Source: Candidatus Eiseniibacteriota bacterium (GTDB lineage: Bacteria; Eisenbacteria; RBG-16-71-46). Taken from it: 64,000 nucleotides of DNA. The position numbers and the translations under genes are program-made. The stretch covers positions 448,001 through 512,000 of the forward strand of contig CAVUWA010000002.1 in the NCBI GenBank assembly GCA_963744995.1, read 5' to 3'. Of this stretch, positions 23,173-33,867 are shown piece by piece (the stretch's first letter is position 1; the number at the start of each line of letters is the position of its first letter). The notes beneath the pieces were generated by a model. That model saw only the letters and a list, made by a program, of their open reading frames with translations, made no database searches and was not told the origin of the DNA.

Positions 23173-23881
23173 GCGGTACCGGGTGCGCGCGCCGCGCCAG
23201 GCCCGCAGTCAGAGGACCCTGGACCGCATCCTGAATGCGGCCGAAGCGATGCTCGAAGACCGGACCTTCGAAAGCGCGCCGGTCACGGCGATCGTCCGGC
23301 GCGCGCGATCCTCCATCGGCTCGTTCTACGCCCGATTCGGCTCCAAGGAGACGCTGCTGGCCGCCCTGTTCGAGCGCTTCCAGGCCGACATGGTGCGCAA
23401 CGCTGCAGAACGGTTCGCCGTGGCCGAAACGCTGCCGCCGGCGCTGGCGCCGCGCGCCGCGTTCTACGTCGGCGTGGTGGTCGAGTTCTGCGCCGCGCAC
23501 CGTGGTGTGCTGCGCGCGCGCATGATCCGCAACGTCACGCGGGAAGCGCCCGGGCCCGCACGGCAGGCCGAGCGCAGCCGTGAGCTCGTGCAGCTCGCGC
23601 ACGGGCTCTTCGCCCCCTGCCGCGGCGAGATCGCCCACGCGGATCCGGTGGCCGCGCTGGACTTCGCGCTCCAGATGGTGGACGCGGTGGCCGGCCTGCG
23701 GCTGCTCGCCCCCGGGACCGTGACCGAGGGGTTCGCGCCCGTTTCGACACGGGCGCTCACCGTAGAGCTCACGCGGGCGATGACCGGCTACCTTGCGGGT
23801 CCCGAGCCTGCACGCGGCGACGGTCCCGTCCGCCGCACGGTCCCGGGGGGGCGCCACCCCGGGAAACGCGGCAGGCGCTGA
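23162..23881 (+). CDS. TetR/AcrR family transcriptional regulator
   Basis: PRQARSQRT..ILNAAE..SIGSFYARFGSKE. Confidence 0.9.
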   Translation: MADERYRVRAPRQARSQRTLDRILNAAEAMLEDRTFESAPVTAIVRRARSSIGSFYARFGSKETLLAALFERFQADMVRNAAERFAVAETLPPALAPRAAFYVGVVVEFCAAHRGVLRARMIRNVTREAPGPARQAERSRELVQLAHGLFAPCRGEIAHADPVAALDFALQMVDAVAGLRLLAPGTVTEGFAPVSTRALTVELTRAMTGYLAGPEPARGDGPVRRTVPGGRHPGKRGRR

Positions 23882-24073
23882 GCCTCGAGCCCCGGCGACC
23901 TTGCCCGGCCGCGTTCCCGCCCCTACGCTCCGTTCGCGTGTGCACGGCGCACCACACGCCGTCACGCACCGGAGGGATGCCGCAGCCGCGCGCGGCGTCC
24001 GGATCGAAGGGAGCGGGAGCGGTCGATGCGAACGCGACGCGATGGTGCGAAAAGGACGCTCGGCGCTTCGTCG

Positions 24074-24595
24074 ATGGCACCGGCCGGGGTGCGCGGCAGC
24101 GGGCCGGTGCGGGTGCGCGCACTCGATGGCGCCGACTGGCCCGCGGTGCGGGCGATCTACGCCGAAGGCATCGCGACCGGAAACGCGACGTTCGAGACCG
24201 AGCCGCCCGGGTGGGAAGCTTTCGACGCGGGGCACCTGACCGAGCCGCGACTGGTGGCGGAGCGCGGGGGCGAGGTGGTCGGATGGGCCGCGCTCGCGCC
24301 GGTGTCGCGGCGCGCGGTGTATGCGGGCGTCGCCGACCTCAGCATTTACGTGGCGGAGACGGCGCGTGGAGCGGGCGTCGGCGGCCTGCTGCTCGCCGCG
24401 CTGATCCGCGCCGCGGAGACGCGCGGGATCTGGACGCTGCAGGCCGGGATCTTCCCCGAGAACGCGGCGAGCCTCGCGCTGCACGAACGCCACGGTTTCC
24501 GCGTGGTGGGCCGGCGCGAGAGGATCGGCGCCATGCACGGGCGCTGGCGCGACGTGGTGCTCATGGAACGGCGCAGCACCGAGGTGGGGGCGTGA
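24074..24595 (+). CDS. Phosphinothricin/MnaT-like GNAT N-acetyltransferase
   Basis: IYAEGI..ATFET, SIYV...RG.G.G, IFPENAASLALH..GF. Confidence 0.9.
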   Translation: MAPAGVRGSGPVRVRALDGADWPAVRAIYAEGIATGNATFETEPPGWEAFDAGHLTEPRLVAERGGEVVGWAALAPVSRRAVYAGVADLSIYVAETARGAGVGGLLLAALIRAAETRGIWTLQAGIFPENAASLALHERHGFRVVGRRERIGAMHGRWRDVVLMERRSTEVGA

Positions 24596-24625
24596 CCCGG
24601 TGAAGCGCGCGACCGCGGAGGCGTC

Positions 24626-27040
24626 GTGATCCTGCTCGGGTCCGGGGCGGTCGTGGTGTTCGTGGTGCTCCTGTTCGTCGCCGTGGATGCGCACCGCCGC
24701 AGCGCGGCCGTCGCGCGCGAGCTCGAACGGCTGCGGCGCCGCGTGGACGCCCTCGACCGCCGCACGGGCGGTGTGGAGGCGGAGGGCGCGCCGCAGGGCG
24801 AGGTCGCGGCCGGCGCGATTTCCAGCGCCGCGGGGCCCGCCGCCCCGCCCGGGCCCGCGGCCGCGCCCCTCGTCCCGGCCATCCCCGGCACGGCGCCGGG
24901 AGATGGGGCCGCGCCGGACCCCGTCGCCGCCGCCCCGCCCGGCGTCACGGTCGCTGCCCCCGCCACCCCGCCGGCGGCAGGCCCGCGGCCCCGCCGCGAC
25001 GTCGAACAGCTCGTCGGCGGCGTGTGGCTGCAGAATGCGGGCGCGGTGCTGCTGCTCACGGGTTTCTTCTTCCTGATCCTGTGGGGGTACGCCACCGGCC
25101 GCTTCGGCCCCGGGGCGCTGGTGCTGGCCGGCGTGTTCGCCGGACTCGGCCTCGTGTGGCGCGGCGCACGCATGCGGCGTTCGGTGAGAGGCGTCGGCCA
25201 TGCGCTGATCGGCGTCGGCGCGGGCGTGGTGTGGCTGGCGGTCTACCTCGGCCATTTCCGCCTCGGAGTGCTGAACGGACCCGCCGCATTCGCGCTCGTG
25301 ACGCTGGCTTCCGTGCTCACCGGCGCGCTGGGGCTGCGTTATCGCGCACAGGGGATCACCGCGCTCGGCGTGGTCGGCGCGCACCTGCCGAACGTGCTCG
25401 AAGCGCTCGCTCCGCTCGATCGCTTCTCGCTGCCGGTCGGAGCGCTGCTCGGGTATCTGGCCGCGGTGAACGCGATGGTGTTCGCGCTCGCGGCACGCGC
25501 CGGGTGGAGCGCGCTCGCGCTGGCGTCGCTGCTGCTCACCGCCGCCACCTGGATCGGCGCGGTGCCGGCGACGCGCTGGAGCTGGCCCGCCGAGATCGGC
25601 CTCGCACTCCTGTTCGCGGGCCTCGGCCTCTCGCCGCTGCCGCGCCTGGTGCGCGCCGCAGGCCGGGTGCGCGCGATCGACCTGGCGGTGATCGCGGTCG
25701 CGCCGCTCGCCCTCCTCGCCGCCAGCGCGCCGATGTTCGCGATCGCGAATGCCCGGCTGGTCGCGATCCTGCTGCTCGCGCTGGCGGTGATCTACCTGGC
25801 CGCCTCGCTGTGGGTGGATGGGCGGCGCCCCGAGCGCGACCTGTGGAAGCCGCTCACCGCCGCCGCAGTGCTGTTCGTCACCGCCGCGCTGGAGCGCGCC
25901 GCCGGCCCCGAGCGCACCGCGCTCGCCTGGACCGTCGAGGGGGTGGCGCTCGTGCTGCTCGGCCTGCGCCCGCGCGGCATGTGGCTGCGGGTCTGCGGGA
26001 CTGCGGTGATCTACCTGGGCGGCATCGCGGTGTTCATGCGGCTCATGCTGGGCCTCGAGGCGCATCCGCTGCCGGTCGTGAACGCCGCCGCGATCCAGGC
26101 GCTGCTCGCGATCGCCGCGCTGCTGTTCGCGGCCCATCACGTGCGCCGGGCGAAGGCGGGGCTCGGTCCGGTCGAACGCTTCGTCTCGACGCTCTGGTAT
26201 CTGGGCGCGCACGTGCTGCTCGCGTTCTGGCTCGCGCGCGAAGCGCACCACCTCGCCTGGGCGCTCGAGCGCGACGGCGGCGCATGGCGCGCCGTGCGCG
26301 ACGTGCAGGCGGGTCACGTGGCGGCGCGCTACGCCTCGCTGTTCGCGGCCACCACGTCGCTGGCCTGGTTCGCGCAGGCGGCATGGCTGGTCCGGGCGGG
26401 GCTCGGCGTGCGCGGCATGGTCGCGCGGCTCGCCGCGCTCGGGCTCGCGGCGCTGGCAGCGGCCCCGATCGTCTTCATGCCATGGTACGGCACCGCATGG
26501 GGCGGCGCGGCGATCCCGCTCGTCCATCGCGACGCGCTGCTCGCGCTGGGCTCGATCGCGATCGCTGCCGTCAGCGCCGCCGCGCTCGGCCGCGCGCGCG
26601 CGCAGCTGCAGCCCTTCGAGCGGCGCATGAGCGAGATCTGGGCGGCCGGCGCCGCCCTCATGCTGCTCGTCTGGATCGGCCGCGAGGCCGATCAGCTCGC
26701 CCGGGCCATGCTCGCCATGCCGGTGGAAGCGGCGGGGCAGGGGCCGCCCGCCGCGCGCCGAGCGCTGCACGCCCTCGCCGGCATGCTGACCAGCGTCGGC
26801 TGGCTGCTCGAGGCGGTAGCGGCCTTCGTCATCGGCTGGCTCGCGCGTTCGGCGTTCATGCGCTGGATGGGCCTCGCGCTCATCGGGGTCACGGTGCTCA
26901 AGTTCCTGTTCGTGGACCTCGCGAGCGCGGATCCGTTCTGGCGCTTCCTGATCGCGATCGGCGCGGGCGCGGCGATGCTGTCGCTGTCCTACGTCTACCA
27001 GCGGCTCGGGGCGTCGCGGCGGGGACCTCCGGCTGCGTGA
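24626..27040 (+). CDS. DUF2339-like polytopic membrane protein
   Basis: EQLVGGVWL..GA; many TM segments; C-terminal LKFLFVDL..WRF...G..L..SY.YQR. Confidence 0.8.
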   Translation: MILLGSGAVVVFVVLLFVAVDAHRRSAAVARELERLRRRVDALDRRTGGVEAEGAPQGEVAAGAISSAAGPAAPPGPAAAPLVPAIPGTAPGDGAAPDPVAAAPPGVTVAAPATPPAAGPRPRRDVEQLVGGVWLQNAGAVLLLTGFFFLILWGYATGRFGPGALVLAGVFAGLGLVWRGARMRRSVRGVGHALIGVGAGVVWLAVYLGHFRLGVLNGPAAFALVTLASVLTGALGLRYRAQGITALGVVGAHLPNVLEALAPLDRFSLPVGALLGYLAAVNAMVFALAARAGWSALALASLLLTAATWIGAVPATRWSWPAEIGLALLFAGLGLSPLPRLVRAAGRVRAIDLAVIAVAPLALLAASAPMFAIANARLVAILLLALAVIYLAASLWVDGRRPERDLWKPLTAAAVLFVTAALERAAGPERTALAWTVEGVALVLLGLRPRGMWLRVCGTAVIYLGGIAVFMRLMLGLEAHPLPVVNAAAIQALLAIAALLFAAHHVRRAKAGLGPVERFVSTLWYLGAHVLLAFWLAREAHHLAWALERDGGAWRAVRDVQAGHVAARYASLFAATTSLAWFAQAAWLVRAGLGVRGMVARLAALGLAALAAAPIVFMPWYGTAWGGAAIPLVHRDALLALGSIAIAAVSAAALGRARAQLQPFERRMSEIWAAGAALMLLVWIGREADQLARAMLAMPVEAAGQGPPAARRALHALAGMLTSVGWLLEAVAAFVIGWLARSAFMRWMGLALIGVTVLKFLFVDLASADPFWRFLIAIGAGAAMLSLSYVYQRLGASRRGPPAA

Positions 27041-27187
27041 GGCGCGGGCGCCGGCCCGCTCCCTGCGATGCGGGGCCGGCGCAGTGCGCCGCCTTCCGTT
27101 CGGCGCCGCGGCCGCGCTCCCGCTCCCGCCGTCTTCGCTGTGAGAAGATCCCCGCGTTTGACTTCCCGTCGTACGTCCGGGGTGCCG

Positions 27188-28756
27188 ATGAGCGAATCCT
27201 TCTCCAGATGGCGGTGGTCGGGCGCCGCGCTGCTGCTCGCGAGCGTCGCACTGTTCGTGTTCCTCGCGTACGCCCTCGCGCCGTTCACCCCCGACGATTC
27301 CTATATCTCGTTCCGCTATGCGAGCCACCTCGCCGCGGGCGCCGGGCTCACCTTCAACACCGGCGCGCCGCCGGTCGAGGGCTACAGCAACCTCCTGTGG
27401 ATCCTGGTGTGCGCGGTCTTCGCGTGGGCGCACCTGGATCTCGTCACCTGGAGCCGTGGTGCGGGACTGGTATTCGGCGTGGGCACGCTGTGGATCGCCT
27501 GGCGGATGCTCGAGGGCCGCGGCCGGCCGCGCGCGCAGATGGCGGTCGTGCTGCTCGCGCTGGCCACGGCGGGGCCATTCGTCCTCTATGCGATCTCGGG
27601 GCTCGAGACCGCGCTGTTCGGCTTCCTGCTCATGCTCGCGCTGCTCGCCGCGGAACGGGTGGCGCAGGGCCGCGCGGGGTGGCTCGTGGCCCTCGCCGCG
27701 AGCGGGGTGGCCCTGGCCCTGTGCCGGCCGGAGGGCGTGCTGGTCTTCCCGGTGATCGTCGGTTTCATGCTCGCGACCGGCCTGCTGCCGCGGAGACGGA
27801 CGGCGGCGGCGGCCACGCTCGCGTTCGTGCTGGCGGTCGCGGCCTACCACGCCTGGCGGGTGCACTACTTCGGCGAGTGGCTGCCGACCCCCTTTCATTC
27901 CAAGGGCGCGGCGGGCGCCCTGCTGCAGGCATGGAAGACCAACCTGCGCTACCTGCTCGTGCGCCAGAATCACTACTTCGCGCCGCTCGGCTGGTACGAC
28001 CTCGGCTTCGCCGCCGCGGCGCTGCTCGGGCAGGCGGCACTCCTCAGGCGCACCGGGCGACCGTCCGCGACCGCGCTGCCGCTCGCCGTCGCCGCGATCC
28101 TCGGTGCGCTGTACATGAACTTCGTCGACTGGATGCCGGGCATGCGCTATTTCGCGCCGCTGCTGCCGCTGGTGATCGTTTCGCTCGAGCCGCTCGCTCC
28201 CGCGCCGCGCGCACCGGCCGCCACATCCGCGCGCGCCCGCGGGTGGGGCGCCGGCGTCGCGCTCGTCGTGGTGCTGGCCGCAGGGCTCGGCTCGATCGGC
28301 GTGCTCCGCAGGGACGCCCGCCTGAACGAAGCCAGCACGGCGGGCTCGCAGGTCGCCCTCGGGCGCTGGCTCGCCGCGAACGTCCCCGGCGACGCGCTGC
28401 TCGCGGTGAGCGACGTCGGCGCGATCCCCTACTGTTCGGGCCTGCCCACGATGGACATCAACCCGCGCTCGCTGACCGACGTGCAGATCGCCGAGCACGG
28501 CTGGTCGGACGCCTATTTCTTCGAACTCGACCCCGACGTGGTGGTGCTGGTGTCGTTCTCGCTGACCCGCCCCGCGTTCTACCCCGAGCATCAGGCGCTC
28601 TACGAGACCGCCGCCTTCCGGGCGCGCTACCGGCTCGTCGGCGTCACCCGCTACGACCGGATCATGGACCGCTGCTACTGGGTCTTCGCCGGGCCGCGGG
28701 TGCGGCTCTCGGCCGCCCAGATCGCGTCGCTGCCGAAAGGCGTCGGGGGCGGGTAG
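27188..28756 (+). CDS. GT-C-type membrane glycosyltransferase-like protein
   Basis: DDSYISFRYA..GLTFN..VEGYSNLLW, SGLET, RPEG, YFGEWLP, DVGAIPY. Confidence 0.75.
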   Translation: MSESFSRWRWSGAALLLASVALFVFLAYALAPFTPDDSYISFRYASHLAAGAGLTFNTGAPPVEGYSNLLWILVCAVFAWAHLDLVTWSRGAGLVFGVGTLWIAWRMLEGRGRPRAQMAVVLLALATAGPFVLYAISGLETALFGFLLMLALLAAERVAQGRAGWLVALAASGVALALCRPEGVLVFPVIVGFMLATGLLPRRRTAAAATLAFVLAVAAYHAWRVHYFGEWLPTPFHSKGAAGALLQAWKTNLRYLLVRQNHYFAPLGWYDLGFAAAALLGQAALLRRTGRPSATALPLAVAAILGALYMNFVDWMPGMRYFAPLLPLVIVSLEPLAPAPRAPAATSARARGWGAGVALVVVLAAGLGSIGVLRRDARLNEASTAGSQVALGRWLAANVPGDALLAVSDVGAIPYCSGLPTMDINPRSLTDVQIAEHGWSDAYFFELDPDVVVLVSFSLTRPAFYPEHQALYETAAFRARYRLVGVTRYDRIMDRCYWVFAGPRVRLSAAQIASLPKGVGGG

Positions 28757-28933
28757 GGGCGCGGCAGGAACCCGGTCGCGGCGGCGCGGGGCCCGCCGAA
28801 GCGCCGCCCGCGCATGAGGTTCGCACGGGCGGGCCCGGTTGGGCTGCGCCGCCCCGTGTGCTAGTTTCCCCGGCCGTTCCCGCGCGCTGCGCCCCGCGCG
28901 CGCGCGCGTCCCGGCCGCCGATTTCGGAGAGCG

Positions 28934-29914
28934 ATGTCACCCGCCCGTTCATTCACGATCGCCGCACGTCTCGCCCTCGTGACGACGGTCACGATGTTCT
29001 TCCTGATCGTCGTCGGCTCCGTCGTTCGCACCACGGGGTCGGGCCTCGCCTGCCCGGACTGGCCGCTGTGCCACGGCCGGCTGATCCCGCCCTTCCAGTT
29101 CAACGTGCTGATCGAGTGGTTCCATCGCCTGCTCGCGCTGGTGGTGAGCGTCATGCTGGCCTCGACCGTCGTCTGGGTGTTCGCCCGCCGCGCGGTGCGC
29201 GCGCGCCTCGCCGGACTCGCCACCCTAGCCGTGCTGCTGCTCGCCGCGCAGATCCTGCTCGGGGCGCTCACCGTGTGGAAGCTGCTGAGCCCCGCGATCG
29301 TCGGCAGCCATCTGGCGGTCGCGCTGCTGCTGTTCACCACCCTGCTGCTGCTCGCGCTGGCCGCCGACCACGAGGCCCGACGCCGCTCGCCCGACTGGGA
29401 GAGGGCCGAGGTCACCCCGCGGCCGCGGCGGCTGCTGCCGCTCTTCGGTCTGGCCGCCACGCTGACCTACGCACAGGCGGTGCTGGGCGGCGCCGTGAGC
29501 ACGAACCACGCCGGGCTCGTCTGCCCCGACTGGCCCACCTGCAACGGGGTGTGGTTTCCGCCCATGGAAGGGCTCGTCGGGCTGCAGATGTCGCACCGCT
29601 TCGGCGCCTATCTGCTGGTCGTCGTGATGATCGTGTTGTTCGCGCGGACCCGGCGCGTGGCGGATGCCGGCGTGCGTGCGGCGGCGCAGATGACGCTGAG
29701 TTTCACGCTCGCACAGGTCGTGTTCGGCGTCTCCAACGTGTTCCTCGGCACCCCGGTCTGGCTGTCGGCGGTGCATCTGGCGACTGCCGCCGCGATACTG
29801 GCGCTCGCCGTGGTGGGGACGTATCGTGTGGCCTCCATTCCGGCCCTGCCCGCCGCGAGCCCCGCGGGCACCGGGCTGCGTTCCGCCACCGAGACCGGGA
29901 GAGGAGTCCATTGA
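28934..29914 (+). CDS. ctaA: Heme A synthase (COX15/CtaA)
   Basis: GSGLACPDWPLC, EWFHR, second CPDWPTC, SHR. Confidence 0.92.
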   Translation: MSPARSFTIAARLALVTTVTMFFLIVVGSVVRTTGSGLACPDWPLCHGRLIPPFQFNVLIEWFHRLLALVVSVMLASTVVWVFARRAVRARLAGLATLAVLLLAAQILLGALTVWKLLSPAIVGSHLAVALLLFTTLLLLALAADHEARRRSPDWERAEVTPRPRRLLPLFGLAATLTYAQAVLGGAVSTNHAGLVCPDWPTCNGVWFPPMEGLVGLQMSHRFGAYLLVVVMIVLFARTRRVADAGVRAAAQMTLSFTLAQVVFGVSNVFLGTPVWLSAVHLATAAAILALAVVGTYRVASIPALPAASPAGTGLRSATETGRGVH

Positions 29915-30822
29915 GCGTCGCCGCGCCCCACGTGCTTCCCGAACGCGACGCGCGCCGGATCGCGCTGGCCTACCTCGAGCTCACCAAGCCCAGCATCGTC
30001 ATGCTGGTCCTGCTCACGGGGGTGCCTGCGCTGCTCATGGCCTCGCCCGGCCTGCCCTCCGCGGCGCAGTTCTTCGGGGTCACCGCCGGGATCGCGCTGG
30101 CCGCGGCGTCGGCCGCGAGCTTCAACCACTACTTCGACCGGGACATCGACGCGCTCATGCGCCGCACGGCGCGGCGGCCGCTGCCTTCGGGGCTGCTGCC
30201 GCCCTCCAGTGCGCTCGGCCTGGGCTTCGTCCTCGCCGGCGTCGCCTGGGTGACGCTGCTCGCATTCGGCAATCTGCTCGCCGGCGTCATCGGCATGATC
30301 TCGATTCTCTACTATGCGCTGTTCTACACGGTGTGGCTCAAGCGCCGGACGCCGCAGAACATCGTCATCGGCGGGGGCGCGGGCGCCTCGGCGCCGCTCA
30401 TCGCGTGGGCCGCGGTCACCGGCCATCTGGCGCTGCCGGCCGTCCTGCTGGCGGCCATCGTGTTCTTCTGGACGCCGCCGCACTTCTGGGCGCTTTCGCT
30501 CTACCGGCGCGACGACTACGCGCGGGCGAACATTCCGATGCTGCCGGTCACCCACGGCGAGGCCGAAACCCGGCGGCAGATCCTCTTCTACACGATCGGT
30601 CTCGTGCCGCTGACCCTCCTGATCGTTCCGTTCGGCGTCGCCGGTTGGATCTATGGTATTCCTGCCCTGCTGCTCGGGGCGGGGTTCATCGGGCTCGCCG
30701 CCCGGCTGTATCGCTCGCCGGGGACCCCGCAGGCGGTTGCCGTCTTCCACTACTCGATCCTGTATCTCTTTTCGCTTTACGTGTGCATGGCCGTAGATGC
30801 CCTCGTCGGGCGGCTGTTCTGA
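29911..30822 (+). CDS. ctaB: Protoheme IX farnesyltransferase (heme O synthase)
   Basis: LTKP, DRDIDALMRRT..RP, LKRRTPQNIVIGG, WTPPHFWAL; TTG start after GAGGAG. Confidence 0.95.
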   Translation: MSVAAPHVLPERDARRIALAYLELTKPSIVMLVLLTGVPALLMASPGLPSAAQFFGVTAGIALAAASAASFNHYFDRDIDALMRRTARRPLPSGLLPPSSALGLGFVLAGVAWVTLLAFGNLLAGVIGMISILYYALFYTVWLKRRTPQNIVIGGGAGASAPLIAWAAVTGHLALPAVLLAAIVFFWTPPHFWALSLYRRDDYARANIPMLPVTHGEAETRRQILFYTIGLVPLTLLIVPFGVAGWIYGIPALLLGAGFIGLAARLYRSPGTPQAVAVFHYSILYLFSLYVCMAVDALVGRLF

Positions 30823-30978
30823 CAGGGTGAAAGTGATACGCGCCCCGGGGCCGGGCCGGGGTGTTCGGGGGTGAGGGGAGTCGGATCCGGAGGGCTTCAC
30901 TCCGGCCGGACGCCGTGTTAGTCTGCCGCGCGTTTTTGGCGGTTTTCGATTGTCCATGGCAAAGATCGCAAGGAGATC

Positions 30979-32016
30979 ATGACGGCTCAACGCAACCGTA
31001 CCCGCTGGCTGCGCCGGGTCGCCCTGCTGCTCGGGCTTCTGCCGATCCTGTTCCTGATCGGGTGCACCCTCCAGGAATACCCGCAGAGCTCGCTGAACCC
31101 GCAGGCCGACTACGCACAGAAGATCCAACACATCCTGGAGCTGCAGACCACCTGGGTCGTGATCATCTTCGTGGTGGTTCAGGTGCTGCTGATCGTCGCG
31201 GTGGTGCGCTTCCGCAGCCGCCCCGGATCACCCGATCCCAAGCCGGTGCACGGCAATACGGCGCTCGAGATCGCCTGGACGATCGCCCCGGCCGTGATCC
31301 TCACGATGGTCGCGATCCCCACGGTGCTCACGATCTACGAGACGCAGACCGACCCGCCCGCCGACGCGACCCACGTCACCGTCGTCGGACACCAGTGGTG
31401 GTGGGAGTTCCAGTATCCGCAGGAGAACTTCGTCACCGCGAGCGAGATGGTGGTGCCGGTCGACAAGCCGGTCGTGATGGACATCAAGACCGCCGACGTC
31501 CTCCACAGCTTCTGGTTCCCGGCGATGGGCGGCAAACGCGATGCGATCGGCGGGCACGTGAACCACATGTGGTTCACGCCCGAGTCGCTCGGCGTGTTCC
31601 CCGGACAGTGCGCCGAGCTGTGCGGCGTCTCGCACGCCAACATGCGGATGCTGATCAAGGTGGTGACTCCGGCCGAGTACGGCGAGTGGGTGGCGCACCA
31701 GCAGCAGCCGCCCGCGGTGCCGGACTCCGGCTCGCTCGAGGCGCAGGGCCTCGCGCTGTTCCGCACCAGCGCCTGCATCGCCTGCCACGCCATCCAGGGC
31801 GTCTCGGGCGGTTCGATCGGCCCCAATCTCACCCACGTCGGCAGCCGGCCGACGCTCGCGGGCGGCATGTTCGAGAACACGCCGGACGCGATGGAGGCCT
31901 GGATCATGGACGCCCCCGGCCGTAAGCCCGGGGTGAAGATGCTGTCGCTCGACCAGATGCAGATGAAGCCCGAACAGGTGAAGCCCATCGTGGCCTACCT
32001 GCAGAGCCTGAAGTAA
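30979..32016 (+). CDS. ctaC: Cytochrome c oxidase subunit II with fused cytochrome c (caa3 type)
   Basis: Lipobox LIGC, GHQWWW, DVLH, CAELCGVSHANM CuA site, CIACH heme c. Confidence 0.96.
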   Translation: MTAQRNRTRWLRRVALLLGLLPILFLIGCTLQEYPQSSLNPQADYAQKIQHILELQTTWVVIIFVVVQVLLIVAVVRFRSRPGSPDPKPVHGNTALEIAWTIAPAVILTMVAIPTVLTIYETQTDPPADATHVTVVGHQWWWEFQYPQENFVTASEMVVPVDKPVVMDIKTADVLHSFWFPAMGGKRDAIGGHVNHMWFTPESLGVFPGQCAELCGVSHANMRMLIKVVTPAEYGEWVAHQQQPPAVPDSGSLEAQGLALFRTSACIACHAIQGVSGGSIGPNLTHVGSRPTLAGGMFENTPDAMEAWIMDAPGRKPGVKMLSLDQMQMKPEQVKPIVAYLQSLK

Positions 32017-32025
32017 GGAGCCCTC

Positions 32026-33831
32026 ATGGCCACGACGACCGCCGAAGCGCTGCACGCACCCGCCGGGAGCCAGACCGGGATCTGGAGCTGGATCACGACC
32101 GTCGATCACAAGCGGATCGGCGCGCTCTACGGGATCACCGCCTTCATCTTCTTCCTGATCGGCGGTCTCGAAGCGCTGATGATCCGCATTCAGCTGATGA
32201 GGCCGGAGAACACCTTCGTCAGCCCGGACTTCTACAACCAGCTCTTCACGATGCACGGCACGACGATGATCTTCCTCGCGGTCATGCCGTTGTCGGCGAG
32301 CTTCTTCAATTTCCTGATCCCGCTGATGATCGGCGCGCGCGACGTCGCGTTCCCGCGCCTGAACGCGTTCAGCTACTGGGTCTTTCTGCTCGGCGGCATC
32401 TTCATCAACCTGAGCTTCTTCATGGGCGGCGCTCCCGACACCGGCTGGTTCGGGTACTCGAACCTGACTTCGAAGGCGTTCTCGCCGGGCGTCGGCGTCG
32501 ACTTCTGGGCGGTCGGCCTGCAGATCCTCGGCGTCGCGTCGCTCGCCGCGGCGTTCAACTTCATCGTGACGATCATCAACATGCGCGCGCCCGGCATGAA
32601 GTTCATGCGCATGCCGGTGTTCGTGTGGATGACGCTGGTGACCTCGTTCCTGATCATCCTCGCGTTCCCGGTGATCACCGTCGCGCTGGTGTTCCTGCTG
32701 TTCGACCGCTACACGGGCACCAACTTCTACATCCCCGCGTCCGGTGCCGACCCCCTGCTCTGGCAGCATCTGTTCTGGCTGTTCGGCCACCCCGAGGTCT
32801 ACATCCTGATCCTGCCCGCGATGGGCATCATCTCGGAGGTGCTGCCGACGTTCTCGCGCAAGCCGCTCTTCGGCTACGCGGTCGTCGTCTACTCGGGCAT
32901 CTTCATCGGTTTCATGGGCTGGGGCGTATGGAGTCACCACATGTTCTCGGTGGGGCTCGGCCCGCTCGCCGACTCGTTCTTCTCGATCACCACGATGCTG
33001 ATCGCGATTCCCACCGGCGTGAAGATCTTCAACTGGCTGGCGACGATCTGGGGCGGCAAGATCAGTCTCACCACGGCGATGCTGTTCGCCGTCGGCTTCA
33101 TCGGCATGTTCACGATGGGCGGGTTGTCCGGCTTCATGCACGCCTCGCCGCCTGCCGACCTTCAGCAGACCGACACCTATTTCGTCGTGGCCCACATCCA
33201 CTACGTGCTCTTCGGCGGCGCGATCATGGGTATCTTCGCCGGGATCTACTACTGGTTCCCGAAGATGACGGGTCGCTTCCTCGACGAGAGGCTCGGCAAG
33301 TTCCATTTCTGGATGATGATCATCGGCATGAACGTCACGTTCTTCCCGATGCACTTCGTCGGCCTGCTGGGCATGCCGCGACGCATCTACACCTACCCGC
33401 CGAACATGGGCTTCGACTGGCTCAACATGCTGTCGACGGTCGGGGTGTTCATCATCGTCGTGGCGCTGCTGGCGTTCATCGTCAACTTCCTGCAGAGCGT
33501 GCGCAACGGCAAGCCCGCCGGCGCCGACCCGTGGGGCGCGCCGACGCTCGAGTGGGCGATCCCGTCGCCGCCGCCGCCGCACAACTTCGGTTCGTTGCCC
33601 GAGGTTCACAGCCTGGACCCGCTCTGGCACAAGGATCACGAGCAGCTGCGCCAGAAGGTCAACACCCTCGCGGCCCACATCCACATGCCGCCGAACTCGC
33701 ACTGGCCGGCCTTTTCCGCGCTCGGGATGACCATGCTGATGTCCGGCATGGTGTTCGGCTGGTGGGTCGGCATTCCCGGCCTGCTGATCCTGCTGGTCGG
33801 CGTCTACTCGTGGGCCTTCGAGCCATGCTGA
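32026..33831 (+). CDS. ctaD: Cytochrome c oxidase subunit I (A1 type)
   Basis: DHKRIG, GHPEVY, WSHHM, AHIHY. Confidence 0.98.
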   Translation: MATTTAEALHAPAGSQTGIWSWITTVDHKRIGALYGITAFIFFLIGGLEALMIRIQLMRPENTFVSPDFYNQLFTMHGTTMIFLAVMPLSASFFNFLIPLMIGARDVAFPRLNAFSYWVFLLGGIFINLSFFMGGAPDTGWFGYSNLTSKAFSPGVGVDFWAVGLQILGVASLAAAFNFIVTIINMRAPGMKFMRMPVFVWMTLVTSFLIILAFPVITVALVFLLFDRYTGTNFYIPASGADPLLWQHLFWLFGHPEVYILILPAMGIISEVLPTFSRKPLFGYAVVVYSGIFIGFMGWGVWSHHMFSVGLGPLADSFFSITTMLIAIPTGVKIFNWLATIWGGKISLTTAMLFAVGFIGMFTMGGLSGFMHASPPADLQQTDTYFVVAHIHYVLFGGAIMGIFAGIYYWFPKMTGRFLDERLGKFHFWMMIIGMNVTFFPMHFVGLLGMPRRIYTYPPNMGFDWLNMLSTVGVFIIVVALLAFIVNFLQSVRNGKPAGADPWGAPTLEWAIPSPPPPHNFGSLPEVHSLDPLWHKDHEQLRQKVNTLAAHIHMPPNSHWPAFSALGMTMLMSGMVFGWWVGIPGLLILLVGVYSWAFEPC

Positions 33832-33867
33832 TGACCACCGGCTCTTCCGATCGGGGAGGACACTGAT

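Noticed and set aside
23066..28591. 1841-aa minus-strand ORF (also 25024-29910 +, 11842-14898 +, 31228-34410 -, 51355-53964 +)
   Set aside because: Arg/Ala/Gly/Pro-rich shadow frames overlapping well-supported genes, as expected from stop-codon scarcity at high GC.
28934..29914. Internal repeat CPDWPxC in CtaA
   Set aside because: Known pseudo-twofold duplication of heme A synthase.
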